Source of the DNA: Hyaloraphidium curvatum SAG 235-1
Lineage: Eukaryota; Fungi; Monoblepharomycota
Reading direction: 5' to 3'
DNA: 64,000 bases
Assembly: GCA_025558095.1 (NCBI GenBank)
Contig: JAIVFI010000008.1
Coordinates: forward strand, 434,001-498,000
Part shown: positions 42,121 to 54,569 of the stretch, piece after piece
How positions within the stretch are numbered: the stretch's first letter is position 1
How the letters are laid out: every line of letters starts with the position of its first letter
Program-made: the position numbers and the translations under genes
The notes under the pieces: generated by a model
Told to the model about the DNA's origin: nothing
Seen by the model: only the letters and a program-made list of their open reading frames with translations
Databases searched by the model: none

Positions 42121-42926
42121 TCACTCCTCCCCGCTGCTTCCCGATTCGTCGTCGTCGCCGTAGGCGCCCAAAAGCTGCTTCAGCGCGTGGCCACCGTCGC
42201 CGCCGTTGGCTGTCCCGGCCTTGGCAGGCACCGCGCTGCCCGATGGCGGCTTCTCGCCAGTCTGGTCCTTCGCGGCCGCCGAGGCGTTCCCCTTCGAGGC
42301 AGATACTTCCGCCACGTCGTCATCCGTCTTTCTCTTCTTCTTGACCTGGACAAGACTGCTCAAGAGGTCCTTTTGGTGGTCGGTTGGACGCGCTGTTCGC
42401 GCCGGGGCGATCGCCGCCGCCACGTCGGGAGCCTTGGTGGCGGTCTGCAACTGCCGGCTGGCCCCAGCCTCGCGAAACTCGGCTGAGCGCAGCGTTTGCT
42501 CAGCTGAATCGAACATAAGAAGGCTTTGTCACCTACCCAATGCCCGCTTCGTCTCCTCCTCAATCTCCTTTTGCCGTTTCCGTTCCGCATCGTTCACAGA
42601 CTACGAGGCAATCATCAGGAAGAGATGGAAGCCTTCGGAGGCTAGAACGCACTGCAAGGAACGCGACGTCGTCCTCCTCCATGACCTGGCGAATCGATCG
42701 TCAGCCCGAGCGCGTCGTCCAGCTGTCACGAATCGCGGACCTTTATCTGGTTCGAGAACTTCATCCGCTCGTCCTCCTCCTCCTCCGCTTTCCTCTTGTT
42801 CTCGGCCAGCTTCTCCCACAGTGGCCGAGCGTCGTATTTTTCATCCGGGCGGTCGCGTTCCTCGTCCACCGTGTTCTCCTCCCCGGGGAGCATGACGCTC
42901 TTGGAAACGAAGGATATTCCCGACAT
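42121..42926 (-). CDS. FAM192A/PIP30/Fyv6 N-terminal domain protein
   Basis: [19 protein letters not shown]...[10 protein letters not shown]...EEDDVAFL; C-terminal [16 protein letters not shown] and [11 protein letters not shown]. Confidence 0.8.
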
Positions 42927-43225
42927 CCTTGCGGTCGTGGAGCTTGGAAGGGGGTGGGTTTGATTGGTTGATCGGGGTTGGCTCGATCGCGCTTCTGGGC
43001 AGGAGAGGAGTGGAGTGAATGGACGGGCGGCACGCTGGGGACCATATGCTGCGGAACCCAGCCTCTGCGACTCGTGCGGAGCTGCTATAGCTTGCACGGT
43101 CCTCGGCGTGGACCGAGCAGGCGCCAACGACGCGATTCGCCGCGTGCCCGCGACTTCAGGAATACTCCCTCGCGAGCCTCGCCTGTTGGAACCATTCCGA
43201 CCCTGGGGCCTGAAATCCGCCGGCA

Positions 43226-44749
43226 ATGCGACGATTAAGGGTCTCGTCGCTCGACCTCTTCCGGAAAACGGACACCAACTACCAGCAGAGGAGCGCGTCG
43301 GGCGGACTCGCGTCGCTGTTCGTCTACCTGGTCCTGGCGTGGCTCGTGTGGTCGGAGGGACGCGACTGGTGGCACACTAAGCAAAGATACACGTTCCTGG
43401 TGGACAAGGTTGGACTGCCACAGTGGCCGGCCGGACCCGGCGGTGGTCTGACCGTCGCGTTCGCGCCAAGGACATATCCCACGATATCACCGTGAACCTC
43501 GACATCACGGTCCTTACAAAGTGTTCGTACCTCACCGTAGACGTTGTCGACGTGGTACGTTGTTCTTTTCCTCCGCGTGCCGCCGTACCTGAGTTCCGTT
43601 GGCCGGCAATCTGGATAGTCTGGAACCTCTCTCCACTTGAAGGTTGGTTGGCTTGTTTCTTGCAACCGAGTTTGCGATTGCTGAACGAGCTGGAATCGAT
43701 AGCATCAGATCCGTCTGATGGGCGTGGACGCTCCGGTGCTCAAGATCCAAGAGGGAGACGGGGCTTTTGGGCGGGACGATCCTCTGGCGTTGGGCATCGA
43801 CCAGCTGGTCATGGACGCGAAGAGCGACTACTCGTCACCTGCGGATAGAAGCGGCGGCGAAGGCTCCGCATGTCGGGTAGCAGGGACAATCAAGGTCAAC
43901 AAGGTGGCAGGCAACCTGCACATCACAGCCCTCGGCCACGGCTACGGGGGCCAGCACGTTGACCACGAGGGTATGAGGCTCACTGTGAGGAGCTGCACAC
44001 TGCCAACTTCTGAAGTTGCTCTCGTACCGCAGCCATGAACTTTAGCCACGTGTTTCGGGAGCTGTCATTCGGGCGTTATTACCCTGGCCTTGCCAATCCG
44101 TTGGATGGCGTGGCCGAATACGCAGAAAAGCGTGAGTTCTGTCGGGAATGGGGGCGGTCTGCCAGTGACTGACAAACAGAACGGAAGCGTTCACAATGTT
44201 CCAGTACTTTGTCTCGCTGGTAGGAAACGCGAAGCGCTAATCTTTGGCCGCTCTCATGTGACTGCTTTTCAGGTGCCTACCACTTACACGGACAGTCTGA
44301 GCGGATCCTCGCTCAAGACCTACCAGTACTACGTGACGGATCACCGACGGAGCCTTCAGCATGACGCAAACGGCGGAATCCCCGGTACGTGACCTCGCAG
44401 TTGCTAAAGGCTGCCGGTGACATCTTTCCCCACGATCTTCAGGCATCTTCATTAAGGTGGGCACCATGCTTTCCCACCATGCTTTCGATGAGAGATTCCC
44501 GTCCTAATGTCGTCGACCGCAGTACGATCTGGAGGCTGTCAGCGTCGACGTTGCCGAGGTCCGGAGCGCCAGCTTTGTCCATTTTCTAGTGCGACTCTGC
44601 GGCATCATTGGAGGTCGGTTGGAGCCAGGCTCGGCTGTGCCGCGTGCTGATTCGTGGTGTTTCCTAAAGGCGTATTCGTGACTGTTGGACTGGCGCATTC
44701 GACACTCGTCGGCATTTTCGGACTGTTTGCTCCGGGGACGCGGCGATAG
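43226..44749 (+). CDS. ER-derived vesicle protein Erv41/ERGIC2 family, multi-exon
   Basis: LDLFRKT...SASGG + TM, CRVAGTIKVNKVAGNLHITALGHGY, NFSH, LSFG.YYP, MFQYF, VPTTY, PGIFIKYDLE, LVRLCGIIGG. Confidence 0.9.
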
Positions 44750-45923
44750 CGACAAATTGTGAGAGCTGTATCATGGTTGCAGTCAGTGCCTCGATAGAGG
44801 GCCGAGTCTGGTTCACTGATTCCAGGTCGCGCGGCGAATTGCTCCGATTCCAGGTTGGCTGGCTGCCGGCTTCAGGGGGTCGCTCCCCCCGCCGCTACTT
44901 CCCTTGCTAGCTTCGCGCGGAGCGCGGCCGCGGAGCGGCTTGGCGAGCGCCAGCGAGCTTCGGGTGGCTGGGGAGGGGCGGAGCCCCGACCGAGAGGGTA
45001 GCAGGCGCAAATGACTTTTCGCGCCCAGATCATTCCCGGGTGGACGGCCGCCGGCGGCGCGCGGGAATCGGTCGTTGAGATGCAGAAGCATGCTATTCAT
45101 GCAATAAAGCCCGTTGGAAATTGCATGGGTAGTGAGATCCCCTTGCGGGGGGCTTCCGGGCCGGTGGTGGCCGGACCCCGGGTGGAGCGCGCGCCAACAA
45201 CCCCTCCCAAAACCGAGGCTCCCGACCTCCTCGGCGGCTCCCGGAGGCGGCGGGCACGACCACGATGACGGCGAGTGCGTTCCGGCGGCGGCGGCGGCGC
45301 GGCGCGGCACCGGGAGAGGGCGTGGTTCGGACCGCCCGGCGCGCACCCCCGTCGGACCTCCCTCACGCCTTGCCCCCCCCCCCCTGGCGCCCCTCCCGCG
45401 CAGGCACGGTCGATTGCGGTGGACTTGAACATGGCGGACGTGGAGGCGGACGGCGGCGGGAGGGCTCCGGAGGAGTGGGAGCACGGCGGGTCATGCCGGG
45501 ACCGAGGTACCTTCTCACGCGCGACGCTCCCCGCGACAGGGTCGACGTGCGGGAGGCATTTGCCGACAAGGAGCGCGAGGAGGACGTGTACGACGAACTG
45601 CCCCCGCTCGAGTACATCTCGGAGGAGGACAAGCAGGAGCGGGAGGAGGACGAGAACCCCGCCGCCACCCTCTGGTTCCCGGGTGCAGAGACTGCATCCT
45701 TGAGCAGGCTAGACCACAGACACCGCGATAAAACTAGTCCACGGAGTGATTTTAGGGGTGCGGTTTCTGTTTATGTGCGCCCCGTGGACGGGAAGAGGCG
45801 GATGTGGGCGCCACGGCGGGGAAACTCCTCGTAATTTAGCGACACCACGCCGCCGAAAAGCCTATGCCCTTACACATTTCCCGCGTCCGAATATGGGTTT
45901 GCAGCATAAAAGTTACTTTCGTT

Positions 45924-48237
45924 TCACTTCTCGGCCACTTCGGTAACCACGTCCGCAGCGACGGTCTGCGCGGGGATGGTGTCCACCTTGACTGGCGTAA
46001 CTTCGCTCTGCGCGACAGCCAAGGCGGGAGCCTCGGACGCCTTCAGGGCCTCCTGGGAGGGCATGGGCATGCCGCTTGCCAGCGTGGCCGTTCGCTGCTT
46101 CCTCTCGAGCGTGGCAACCTTGGACGCTTCCCAGGTGCTTGCCGCCGTGTTCTCGGTAGCGACAACGGGGGCGGGGCCGTAGTAGTTGGTCAAGGTGGCG
46201 GTGCGCTGCGCGGTCTTGAGCTGGTCGCCTTCCGCAGAGGGCTTGGAGCTGACGAGGTCCACATCGGGCAGTTCGACGATGAACAGGGCGAGGACGGCCG
46301 CGACGGCGAAGCAGCAGCCGGCCATGAAGAGGGCCCACGGGATGCCGACATAGTCGCCAAGCGAGGCCCTGAGGCCGGTTATGCCGAAGGTGATGATCAG
46401 CTGCGGGGTAGTAATGAACAAGTTCCTGATGGAGGTGAGGAGAGGGGGGAGAGGGAAGGGAATTGTGTGAGCAATCAGCGGGGGACGGTCGGAGACCAGC
46501 AGAGCAGACTTACATGATACCGAATTGGGTGCCGACATCCATGCCGCCGCCCTCGGCATTATAGCGACCGACGATGGCAAAGGGGAACGAGTTGATGCAG
46601 CTGATGGGAATGGACACGCCGACGGCGACAGCCCAGGCGTACCCAGGAGCGGTGATGAACTGAAAGCGGCAACCGTCAGCAAGCGTAGAGCTCACCCGTG
46701 CGACTTTGAGCTTCACCTTCGACAAAATCATTATGAGCGCCCCCACAGCCAAGCTGATGGAGTAGACAAACTTGACGCGACGCAGGTAGCCGTAGGAGAC
46801 ACCGCCAGCAAGGATCAGCGAGTAGATGATCTGGACCGCGGTGGCAACCATGCCAGTGTAGCCTGCAGCGGACGTCAGCGTCCGGCCATCGTGCGCGTGA
46901 TCGTCGGCCACCCACCGTACTGCTGGTTGCCTGCAGCCGCGTTCTCGGCACCCTGAGAGCCAGCCGGGCAGCCTTCCGTTCCGACAATGCATCCGTCGTA
47001 GACGATCAGCTGGGGATCGGACGGGGTCAGACTTGTCCGAGGCTGACGAAGCGTACAGAGATTCTCACGGCAAACCAAGTCGAACCGACCGGCCACCACG
47101 TGAATAGCGCAGCCCAGGAGAAGAACTGCACCGCACACACGGTCGCGAGCTTGCGATCCATCCTGACGATGTTCTTCATGGCATTCAGGAACGGCGCAAA
47201 GGGCCCGCTCAGCTTGTCCTCCGGATCACGCTGGTGCTGGTTCTCGTGGACCATGAACACGTGCACGCCGGTGAAGAGGATGTTGATGGCGAGCATAGCG
47301 CTGAGAAGCGGGGGCATCGAGGACGGGTTGCCGTCCCAGAGGGCAGACATGAGACCGTATCCAATCATGGCTCCGACACCTTGGAACGAAGCCGCCAGCA
47401 GCTGGATGATGCCCTGCTGCGTGTCGGGGGTCATGTCTGAGCCAATGGCTCGAAGAGGGGTTTGCTGATTGAATTGTCATCAGCGCACGATCCTGCCGAT
47501 CTCAACCCAAAGCACCCACAAGGATGTTGATCGAGAAGTCCAGCAGCACCTCTGACAAAGAAGCGTCGTTAGTGAGGAAGAGGAGACCTGTTGGGGACGG
47601 AACCGACCGGAAACGAAGCCGACAGCCAAGGCCGCGCCGCCGTACAGGTAAGAGAACATGAACACGACCGTGGTGATGATGATCGCAGCGAGGCCGCCAA
47701 GGATGTAGGGCCTGCGCCTTCCGTACTTGCTCTCGGACCGGTCGGAGAGACTGCCGATGATGGGGGCTATGGACCAACGTCAGTCTGGCACGGACACGAG
47801 GCAAGGTGCCACATACCCATGATGAAGCCCGCGATGGGTCCAAAGATCCACACCATGGAGGCCAGCGCACCAGACAGGCCATAGGCTTGCAAGACTTGCC
47901 TGCAGGCAGGGCGGACAGTGTCAGCATACTGTCACCATCCTTCCTTGGCGGGAACTGCACGAGATAATTCCGAACTCGACCTGCCAGATTGACTGGACGC
48001 CAACCCATGGGAGGGCCTGGAATGGTGCGGCCAACCCTTGTCAGCAACGGTCCTCCCTCCACGTGGTCCACCATACCAGGAGCATGAGCTGGAAGGGGTC
48101 TGGACAAGGAGGACGGGCGTGTGAGCTCCTAGCATCGTGGACACGGAGGGGGACCCACTGAGCTTGACACGGCTCCCGCCCATCGCCTCCTCGGGCTGGG
48201 CAACGCCTGCCATGATGGCAGCTTTCGCGTTGTCCAT
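45924..48237 (-). CDS. Sucrose/maltose:H+ symporter-like MFS transporter (SUT/SLC45, GPH family), ~9 exons
   Basis: Spliced: ALPWVGVQSIWQVEFG, VWIFGPIAGFIMAPIIGSLSDRSESKYGRRRPYILGG, LLDFSINILQTPLRAIGSDM, CAVQFFSWAALF, GIMNLFITTPQLI. Confidence 0.88.
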
Positions 48238-48640
48238 TGCTTCGCCCTGGCAGTCGCTTCTGCGGTGTGTGAGGTGCGAAGATTTGTCGCGAATGTTCAC
48301 GGTGCCCCGAACCCCCGGAGGAGTCAGTGAGAGGTCCCCTGAGGTCCCCTGAGTGGCGCAGCCAGGGTGACCGTACCTGTCATCAACGAATCAATCCCGC
48401 CCGACCAGGGTCAGGAGGCCAAAACATTACGTGGGAAACAAAAGAATCCATCTCCAGCTGGTGTTTCGGGTGATTTCTGTCCACGTGCGGGGCTTTGGTT
48501 TGTCAGGTGTGTCCCCCTGTCCCCCAGCTCAGGGTCTCGCGGAGCCTCGCTGAGCAGTCGTTCCTGCGTACCCAGGTGCTGGCCTGTGCCTCAGCGACCC
48601 TCTGCGCGCAGGCGGGACTCTCCACTGCTGCGATACACCC

Positions 48641-51600
48641 ATGCCGGACGCCGCTGTGGGGCCGCAGGGGCCGGCGCGTAGCGTCGAGTTTGTCCTCCCG
48701 TATCGCACGACCTTTGGCGAATCCGTGTGCCTCCTTCGCGCTCCTGAGCCGGTTCCCTTGACCGAGGAAGAGGCAATTTCGGGTAGTGGCGGCCTGGAGG
48801 TTCTGCGCATCTCGGCAACGGGCAATGGAGACGATCAAGGCCTTACGGTCTCGTCGTTGTCTGGATTAGTTCGCTACAAGTACGGACTGTTGAACGATCA
48901 GACTGGCAAGGTGGGGTGATGCGTAGACCTGGGCTGCCGGGTGCAGACGTCCTGATGTTCCTGCTTCCGCAGGTTGTGGCCGTCGAGTTCGGCGATCCCC
49001 GCACCGTCGATCTGGATGCCTTGTCCGCCAGCGGCGCGGTGGCCATCAAGGACTTTTGGCGCCCCATGGGCCGCGACGACAACGCACTCTACAGCTCCTT
49101 CTTTGTCGATGGATGCCTCAGACCGGACCCTTCTACCCAGACGCCCCCGAAAGCTGCCACAGCCAACTCGAGCACCAGGGCGGCGGTGTTCCGCATCCGA
49201 TGCCCGCGCATCGAAACGGGCGATCGCGTTGCGGTCTTTGGCTCGGCGGCCGAATTGGGCAGCTGGGACGCAGCCAAGGCCGTCCCGATGTTCAACCCCG
49301 ATCATCCGCTGTGGCAAACCGCGCCCGTCGCCGTTCCCGAGGGCATCGACCGGATCGAGTACAAGTACCTCGTGCAGAAAGCCGACGGTCAGGTCATCAT
49401 TGAGGATGGAAGCAACCGCGTCCTCTACCTGGCACCGCACACCACCGTGGTGACGGACGAGGGCTTCAGGTTCACGACCAACTGGAGGGGCGCCGGCGTC
49501 GCCATCCCGGTCTTCTCGCTCCGCACCAAGAACTCGTTCGGCGTCGGCGAGTTCATGGACCTCATTCCCATGGTCGATTGGGCCAAAGAGGTCGGCCTCA
49601 AGGTCGTGCAGATCCTGCCAATCAACGACACTGTGGCTACGCACCGCTGGATGGACAGCTACCCATGTATGCCGACTGGGACCGGATGCGGCTGCCGCGC
49701 CTGATGTTCCGTTGTGCAGATGCGGGCATATCTGTGTTTGCGCTGCATCCGCAGTACCTCAACCTGCACGCCATTGGCAACTTGTCGGCCTCGACAACGC
49801 AGCTCATCATCGATTCCAAGGGCAGCTCTTTGAACGAGCTGGAAGAGATCGATTACGAGGAGATGATGAAGCTGAAGAGCAGGTTCTATAAGGTGGGTGA
49901 GCCCCCCCAATCATCGGCGGTTCAACGCTAACGATGGAATGTGGAATGTGTTACGCAGCTGATCTATGATGAAACCAAATCGACATTCCTTTCGGACCCC
50001 GAGTACGTCAAGTGGTTCGCAAGCAACAAAGAATGGCTCCTTCCATGTGAATAGCGCACAATGATGCCCGGTGGGCCGCCTTGACTTACGTGTGCGCTCT
50101 GTCAGATGCGGTGTTTTCCTATCTGAGGGATCTCTACCTGACTCCTGACTTTACGAAGTGGGACAAGTACTCCAAGCCGACGATGGCCGAGATCGAAGAC
50201 CTTGCATCGCCGGAGCGCAATCACTTTGATGACGTCGCAGTTCACTTCTTCATTCAGTACCACCTGCATCGGCAACTCTTGACGGCCGTCAAGTACGCCA
50301 AGAAGAACGGTGTCTGCCTGAAGGGCGACATCCCGAGTTGGTGCAACGCGGACAATCGAGACAAGCCTAGCTAACCATTGCATCCGCAGTCGGCATCTTC
50401 AGGCATTCGGTCGACGCTTGGGTTACGCCACACCTGTTTAACATGGATATGCAGGCTGGCGCCCCGCCGGGTGAGCAAGGCCCAAGTTTGGCTTCGCTAT
50501 CCCCTGGAGCTGACGCGAGTCTTCGACAGATGATTTTGCCACTGATGGACAGAACTGGGGCTTCCCCACGTACAACTGGTGCGTCTCGCGTGTGATCGCT
50601 TTTGCATTCATGCTTACCTCTCGTGGATTCACGCAGGGATGAGATGGCGAAGGACGGATTCCTGTGGTGGCGGCGCCGTCTCTACAAGATGGCCGAGTAC
50701 TTTGATGCGTTCCGCATCGATCACATCCTCGGGTTCTTCAGGATATGGTGCGCGTTGCTCCGTGAAAGCCACTTCGTTCCGCTCACCGCACCCCCAGGCA
50801 AATCCCGACGGATTCCGTGACGGGCCTGATGGGTCGGTTTAATGTCATCTCCTCGTCCCGCTAAAGCGAACTAATCGAAACTACGCGAAAGGTTACTTCA
50901 ATCCGGCGACCCCAATCCACGTTGACGAGATCAAGGGCCGCGGAATTGCCTTCGACTACGACCGCTTCTGCACCCCTTACATCAGGGAATACGTGCTGCG
51001 TGAGCGCTTTGCCCCTGATGTTCTAGGCGACGTAAAGGCGCTCTATCTCGACTACATTGGGGGAGACGGTGATGGCGCCGTGTACAAGCTGAAGGAAGCT
51101 GTGGACACGCAGCGCAAGGCAGCCAATCTCTTGGCCACAACCGAAGACATGAGCATCGAGAAACGGAGCTACAACAACGCTATCAAGAGAGGCCTCTGGT
51201 CGTTGCACTCTGAAGTCCTGTGAGTCCGGATTTGGACCTCTATTGCGCGGCAGGCATGCTGAGGAACGCATGCAGATTCTTCCCTGTGGCAGGCTCCAAC
51301 AACACTCTCTTCCACCCTAGACACTCCCTGCACAAGAGCGCTTCGTTCCAAGGCCTCGATGATCACTCCAAGGGAGCCTTGATGGCGCTGTACAACGATT
51401 ACTGTGCGTCATTACGTCACCCATCTGGCCGTTAGAAGCTCATTGCCGATTTGCAGTCTTCAACCGTCAAGAGGTTCTGTGGAGGGAGAAGGCCATGGTG
51501 AAACTCCCTGCCATCAAGAGCGCCACTCAGATGCTCATCTGTGCTGAAGGTTTGCGTCGGGGAGCCTGTACTATGATTGCCTCAACTGATCCACGTCCTG

Positions 51601-52182
51601 TGGCAGACCTGGGCATGGTGCCGGCATGTGTACCCGGAGTTCTCCAGGAGCTTTCCATCCTCCGTCTTGCCATCCAACGCATGCCGCCAGATCCGAGCAA
51701 GACATTCTGGGATCCCATGGAGACTCCCTATCTATGCGTTGCGTCACCGTCCAGCCATGACATGAGTGGTCTCCGTGGGTGGTGGGAGGAGGACCGTGCA
51801 GTGACGGAGCGCTTCTGGCACGAGATTTTGCGCCGCTTTGATGATGTCCCGTACTACTGCGAGCCGTGGGTTGTGAGGGACATCATTGCAAGCCACCTTT
51901 GGGCACCATGCATGCTTGCCATCTTCCCCATCCAAGATCTGGTTGCTATGGATGGGCGTATCCGGAGGGAAGATCCCCGCGAGGAGCAGATCAATGTGCC
52001 AGCCAATCCCACTCATTACTGGTAAGCTAGCAACCTTACTTGGCGGAACGTAGTGATGACGGATTGATTACGCCAGGCGGTACCGGTTCCACATCAATCT
52101 TGAGGACTTGGTCAAAGACAAGGAGTTCTGCTCCATGGTTGGTGATATGGTGCTCAAGAGCGGTCGCGGACATGCCTACTAG
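48641..52182 (+). CDS. DPE2: 4-alpha-glucanotransferase DPE2-type (two N-terminal CBM20 + GH77), many exons
   Basis: CBM20-like VEFVLPYRTTFGESVCL and VFRIRCP...GDRVAVFGSAAELGSWD...W...IEYKY; GH77 WRGAGVAIPVFSLRT, QILPINDT, LKGDIP, GAPPDDF, GQNWGFP, RIDHILGFFRIW, CAEDLG, SSHDMS, INVPANPTHYWRYR; ends SGRGHAY*. Confidence 0.93.
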
Positions 52183-52339
52183 TCGCTGTTAGGAGAAGAG
52201 GCTGGCATTTATGTTGATAACAGAACACAACTGTTCGCCAGTAAAGGCTTTACTTACCACCCCTAACTTGGCCGCTGTTACCCCATCAGTTTGCTGCTAG
52301 TTTGAAGTTTGTCGTCGTGCATCTTTTTCATTTTCCCCG

Positions 52340-53100
52340 TTTTCTGTCCTTCATGGACAGCTGGCAATGGAGTTGAGGGCATTCTCCTTCTGCCGCCTCA
52401 CTTTGATCGTGGGCTCGAACTCCTTGATGCTAAGAGCCCAGAGCCAGCCAGGTCTCCATGTTCCACTCGCGGCCCAGTGCTTCCAGTCTGGTCTGCAGCT
52501 TCTGGCGCCGCTCTGCATTTGCTCATCAACAGTGGAACAGAAGATGTTGTTCGTCTCCAATATGCTCAGGGTCATGTTTGCACATCCTCTGCTGCACCTC
52601 TTCAAGTCCTTGGTGGTGCCTGCCTGTCTCCACCTCCAGGTCGTTGGTAGAGCAGAGCAGCTTCTGGACGTCCCTCCGGTGCTTCCCACCCGGATAGCCG
52701 GATTAGGGACCGTGCAATGTGCCCTTAGGTCATGTCACACATCCTCCAGAAGTGCAGTTTGTCATTGTTCTTGAGCTTCTGGGCATTGATCTCCTTGAAC
52801 TTGCCCTTCACAAGATTCTCCACAGTCTACTTGGCCCATGAAAAAGTGTCCTTCTCCCACATCTTCCTCCCCTCCTCTCCACCATAGTATACAAGTAGTT
52901 CCCTCAGGAAGACAGCCCAGTTCCAGCACCCCTTCAGTGCCTCGATCTTGAGCTCCTTGTAGAGCAGGTACAATGCAGGGTCAGCTGTTTTGATGCTCGC
53001 ATGAGGAACTTGAGAGCCGACTCATGGTCATGAACTGCAAGAGGGCACTGGCCAGTGATCGCATTCAGACAAGCCAGGGAGGTAGATTTGGGCTGATGAG
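52340..53100 (-). mobile_element. Degenerate 3' part of a non-LTR (LINE) retrotransposon ORF2
   Basis: Interrupted frames read MCKHDPEHIGDEQHLLFHC...GREWNMETW, paralogous to the 58.1-58.8 kb LINE tail. Confidence 0.65.
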
Positions 53101-53149
53101 TGACAGCGCGAAGGGCCATGCATGTCTTTTTGTCCCGGGCTTTCCCCGA

Positions 53150-53580
53150 CAAGGTACTCCTCCTTCGGCATCTCCACAATGAAGAAGGCCCCCAACGGCA
53201 AGGCAAAGGACGAGGATGGGATCCGGCTCGAGTTCGTCAAGTACGGGACTGCAGTACTGAAGCAAGCTGTTGTCAACCTCCTCAACGACGTGCTCAATGG
53301 CGTCAAGATGGATGACTGGGGCCAGACACTGCTGGTGATGCTGCACAAGAAGGGGCCCAAGAACGTGGCTGGCAACTACCGAGGCATCAGCATAGAGAGG
53401 ACGCTGGAGAAGGTCTTCTCCCTGGTCTGGAACGCTCGGCTAGCTCCCTGGGCTGAGTGCAACAAGCTGCTGGAAGGCTCGCAGTTCGGATTCCGTGCAC
53501 GGAGATCAACCCTTCATACAGTGTTCCTTGCCGAGGCACTCTTCTCCTTGGCCAAGGCACGCAAGGAGAAGCTGATCATT
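53150..53580 (+). mobile_element. LINE reverse transcriptase fragment (N-terminal part)
   Basis: KAKDEDGI, LHKKG...NYRGISI...KVF, QFGFRARRST. Confidence 0.85.
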
Positions 53581-53834
53581 ACAGCGGCCCAGCCAGGGGC
53601 AGGTCCGGGTCACCAATACTATTCTATAATGAACGGGTTCCCATATTGGCCCACCGCCTTGCCCTTCGTGTTGTAGAGCTTGAGCTGGAGGTCAGGTTCA
53701 TCCCAGGCTGCTCCCTGATGTCGCGGAGTCAGACCATATGCAGCGTTCATGTTAGCCTGCCTGCCATGCACTGTTGAAACCTATGCATTGCTACGTTGTT
53801 GGGATGGATCATGCACTGGAGGGAATCTTGCAAC

Positions 53835-54036
53835 GAGGGGGAGTGTTGGAATGGATCGCTGCTACGATTCTGTCTCAATAGGGAGTCTTTGGCGTGTGGG
53901 GATACTTGGGTACGACCGGAGGGGTCATCTAGGGACTTGTCATCACAAGGGAATGGACAACGGGTCGATGTGAAACTGTCCCTCTCCCCATCCCGTACAT
54001 CTGAGTTCAGACCCAGTTCAGACCACTGGGGCTACG
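53835..54036 (+). mobile_element. Polypurine tract plus LTR-like segment, copy 1
   Basis: GAGGGGGAG followed by TGTTGG at 53844; 193 bp repeated at 59266-59459. Confidence 0.6.
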
Positions 54037-54039
54037 TCT

Positions 54040-54290
54040 TCCCCACGCCCCATAGCCACTCCAACATGCACATGGTCCTTGCTCCGCCCAGTTGCTGACG
54101 TGAGCTGGTACCCCAGAAGCTTGAAGCTGTCGACCCTCTTCAGCTCCTGGCCCCTATACAGGAGCTTCACACGGTGGGGTATCCTCCTGGCCATCCACTC
54201 TGTCTTGCTGACGTTGATCTCCAGCCCATTGGCACTGGCATATGCACACAAAAGATCCAGCTGCATCTTGGCATGCAGACACCTGCTGTA
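54040..54290 (-). mobile_element. LINE reverse transcriptase fragment (post-catalytic thumb region)
   Basis: QLDLLCAYASANGLEINVSKTEWM...VDSFKLLG. Confidence 0.75.
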
Positions 54291-54569
54291 ACAACCCTCG
54301 TGCGACCAGCTGCGAAGGAGAACAAGCCGCACTGCAAGCCCGTGCCGTGCGACTTCCACTTCCTCGCAATAATGCGAAACCTCTACGACAAGCCCTGGGT
54401 CAAGGAGGCAATGCAAGAGTACGAGCAACTTCAAGCTGGATCCGACAAGTGCAACCGGCTCATCCAGATCATGGCAGCGGTGAACAAGGTCGCGAAGAAC
54501 AAGCTTTGTTCCCCTGGTCGCAGGCGCCCAGAGACAGGTGCGGATGAGGCAGGTGGCGTTCCTAGTGTT

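Noticed and set aside
48238-48640. CreA/Mig1-like SYGGRG sites and a 10-bp tandem gaggtcccct in the SUT-DPE2 spacer
   Set aside because: Such short motifs are expected by chance at this GC content; unsupported without conservation data
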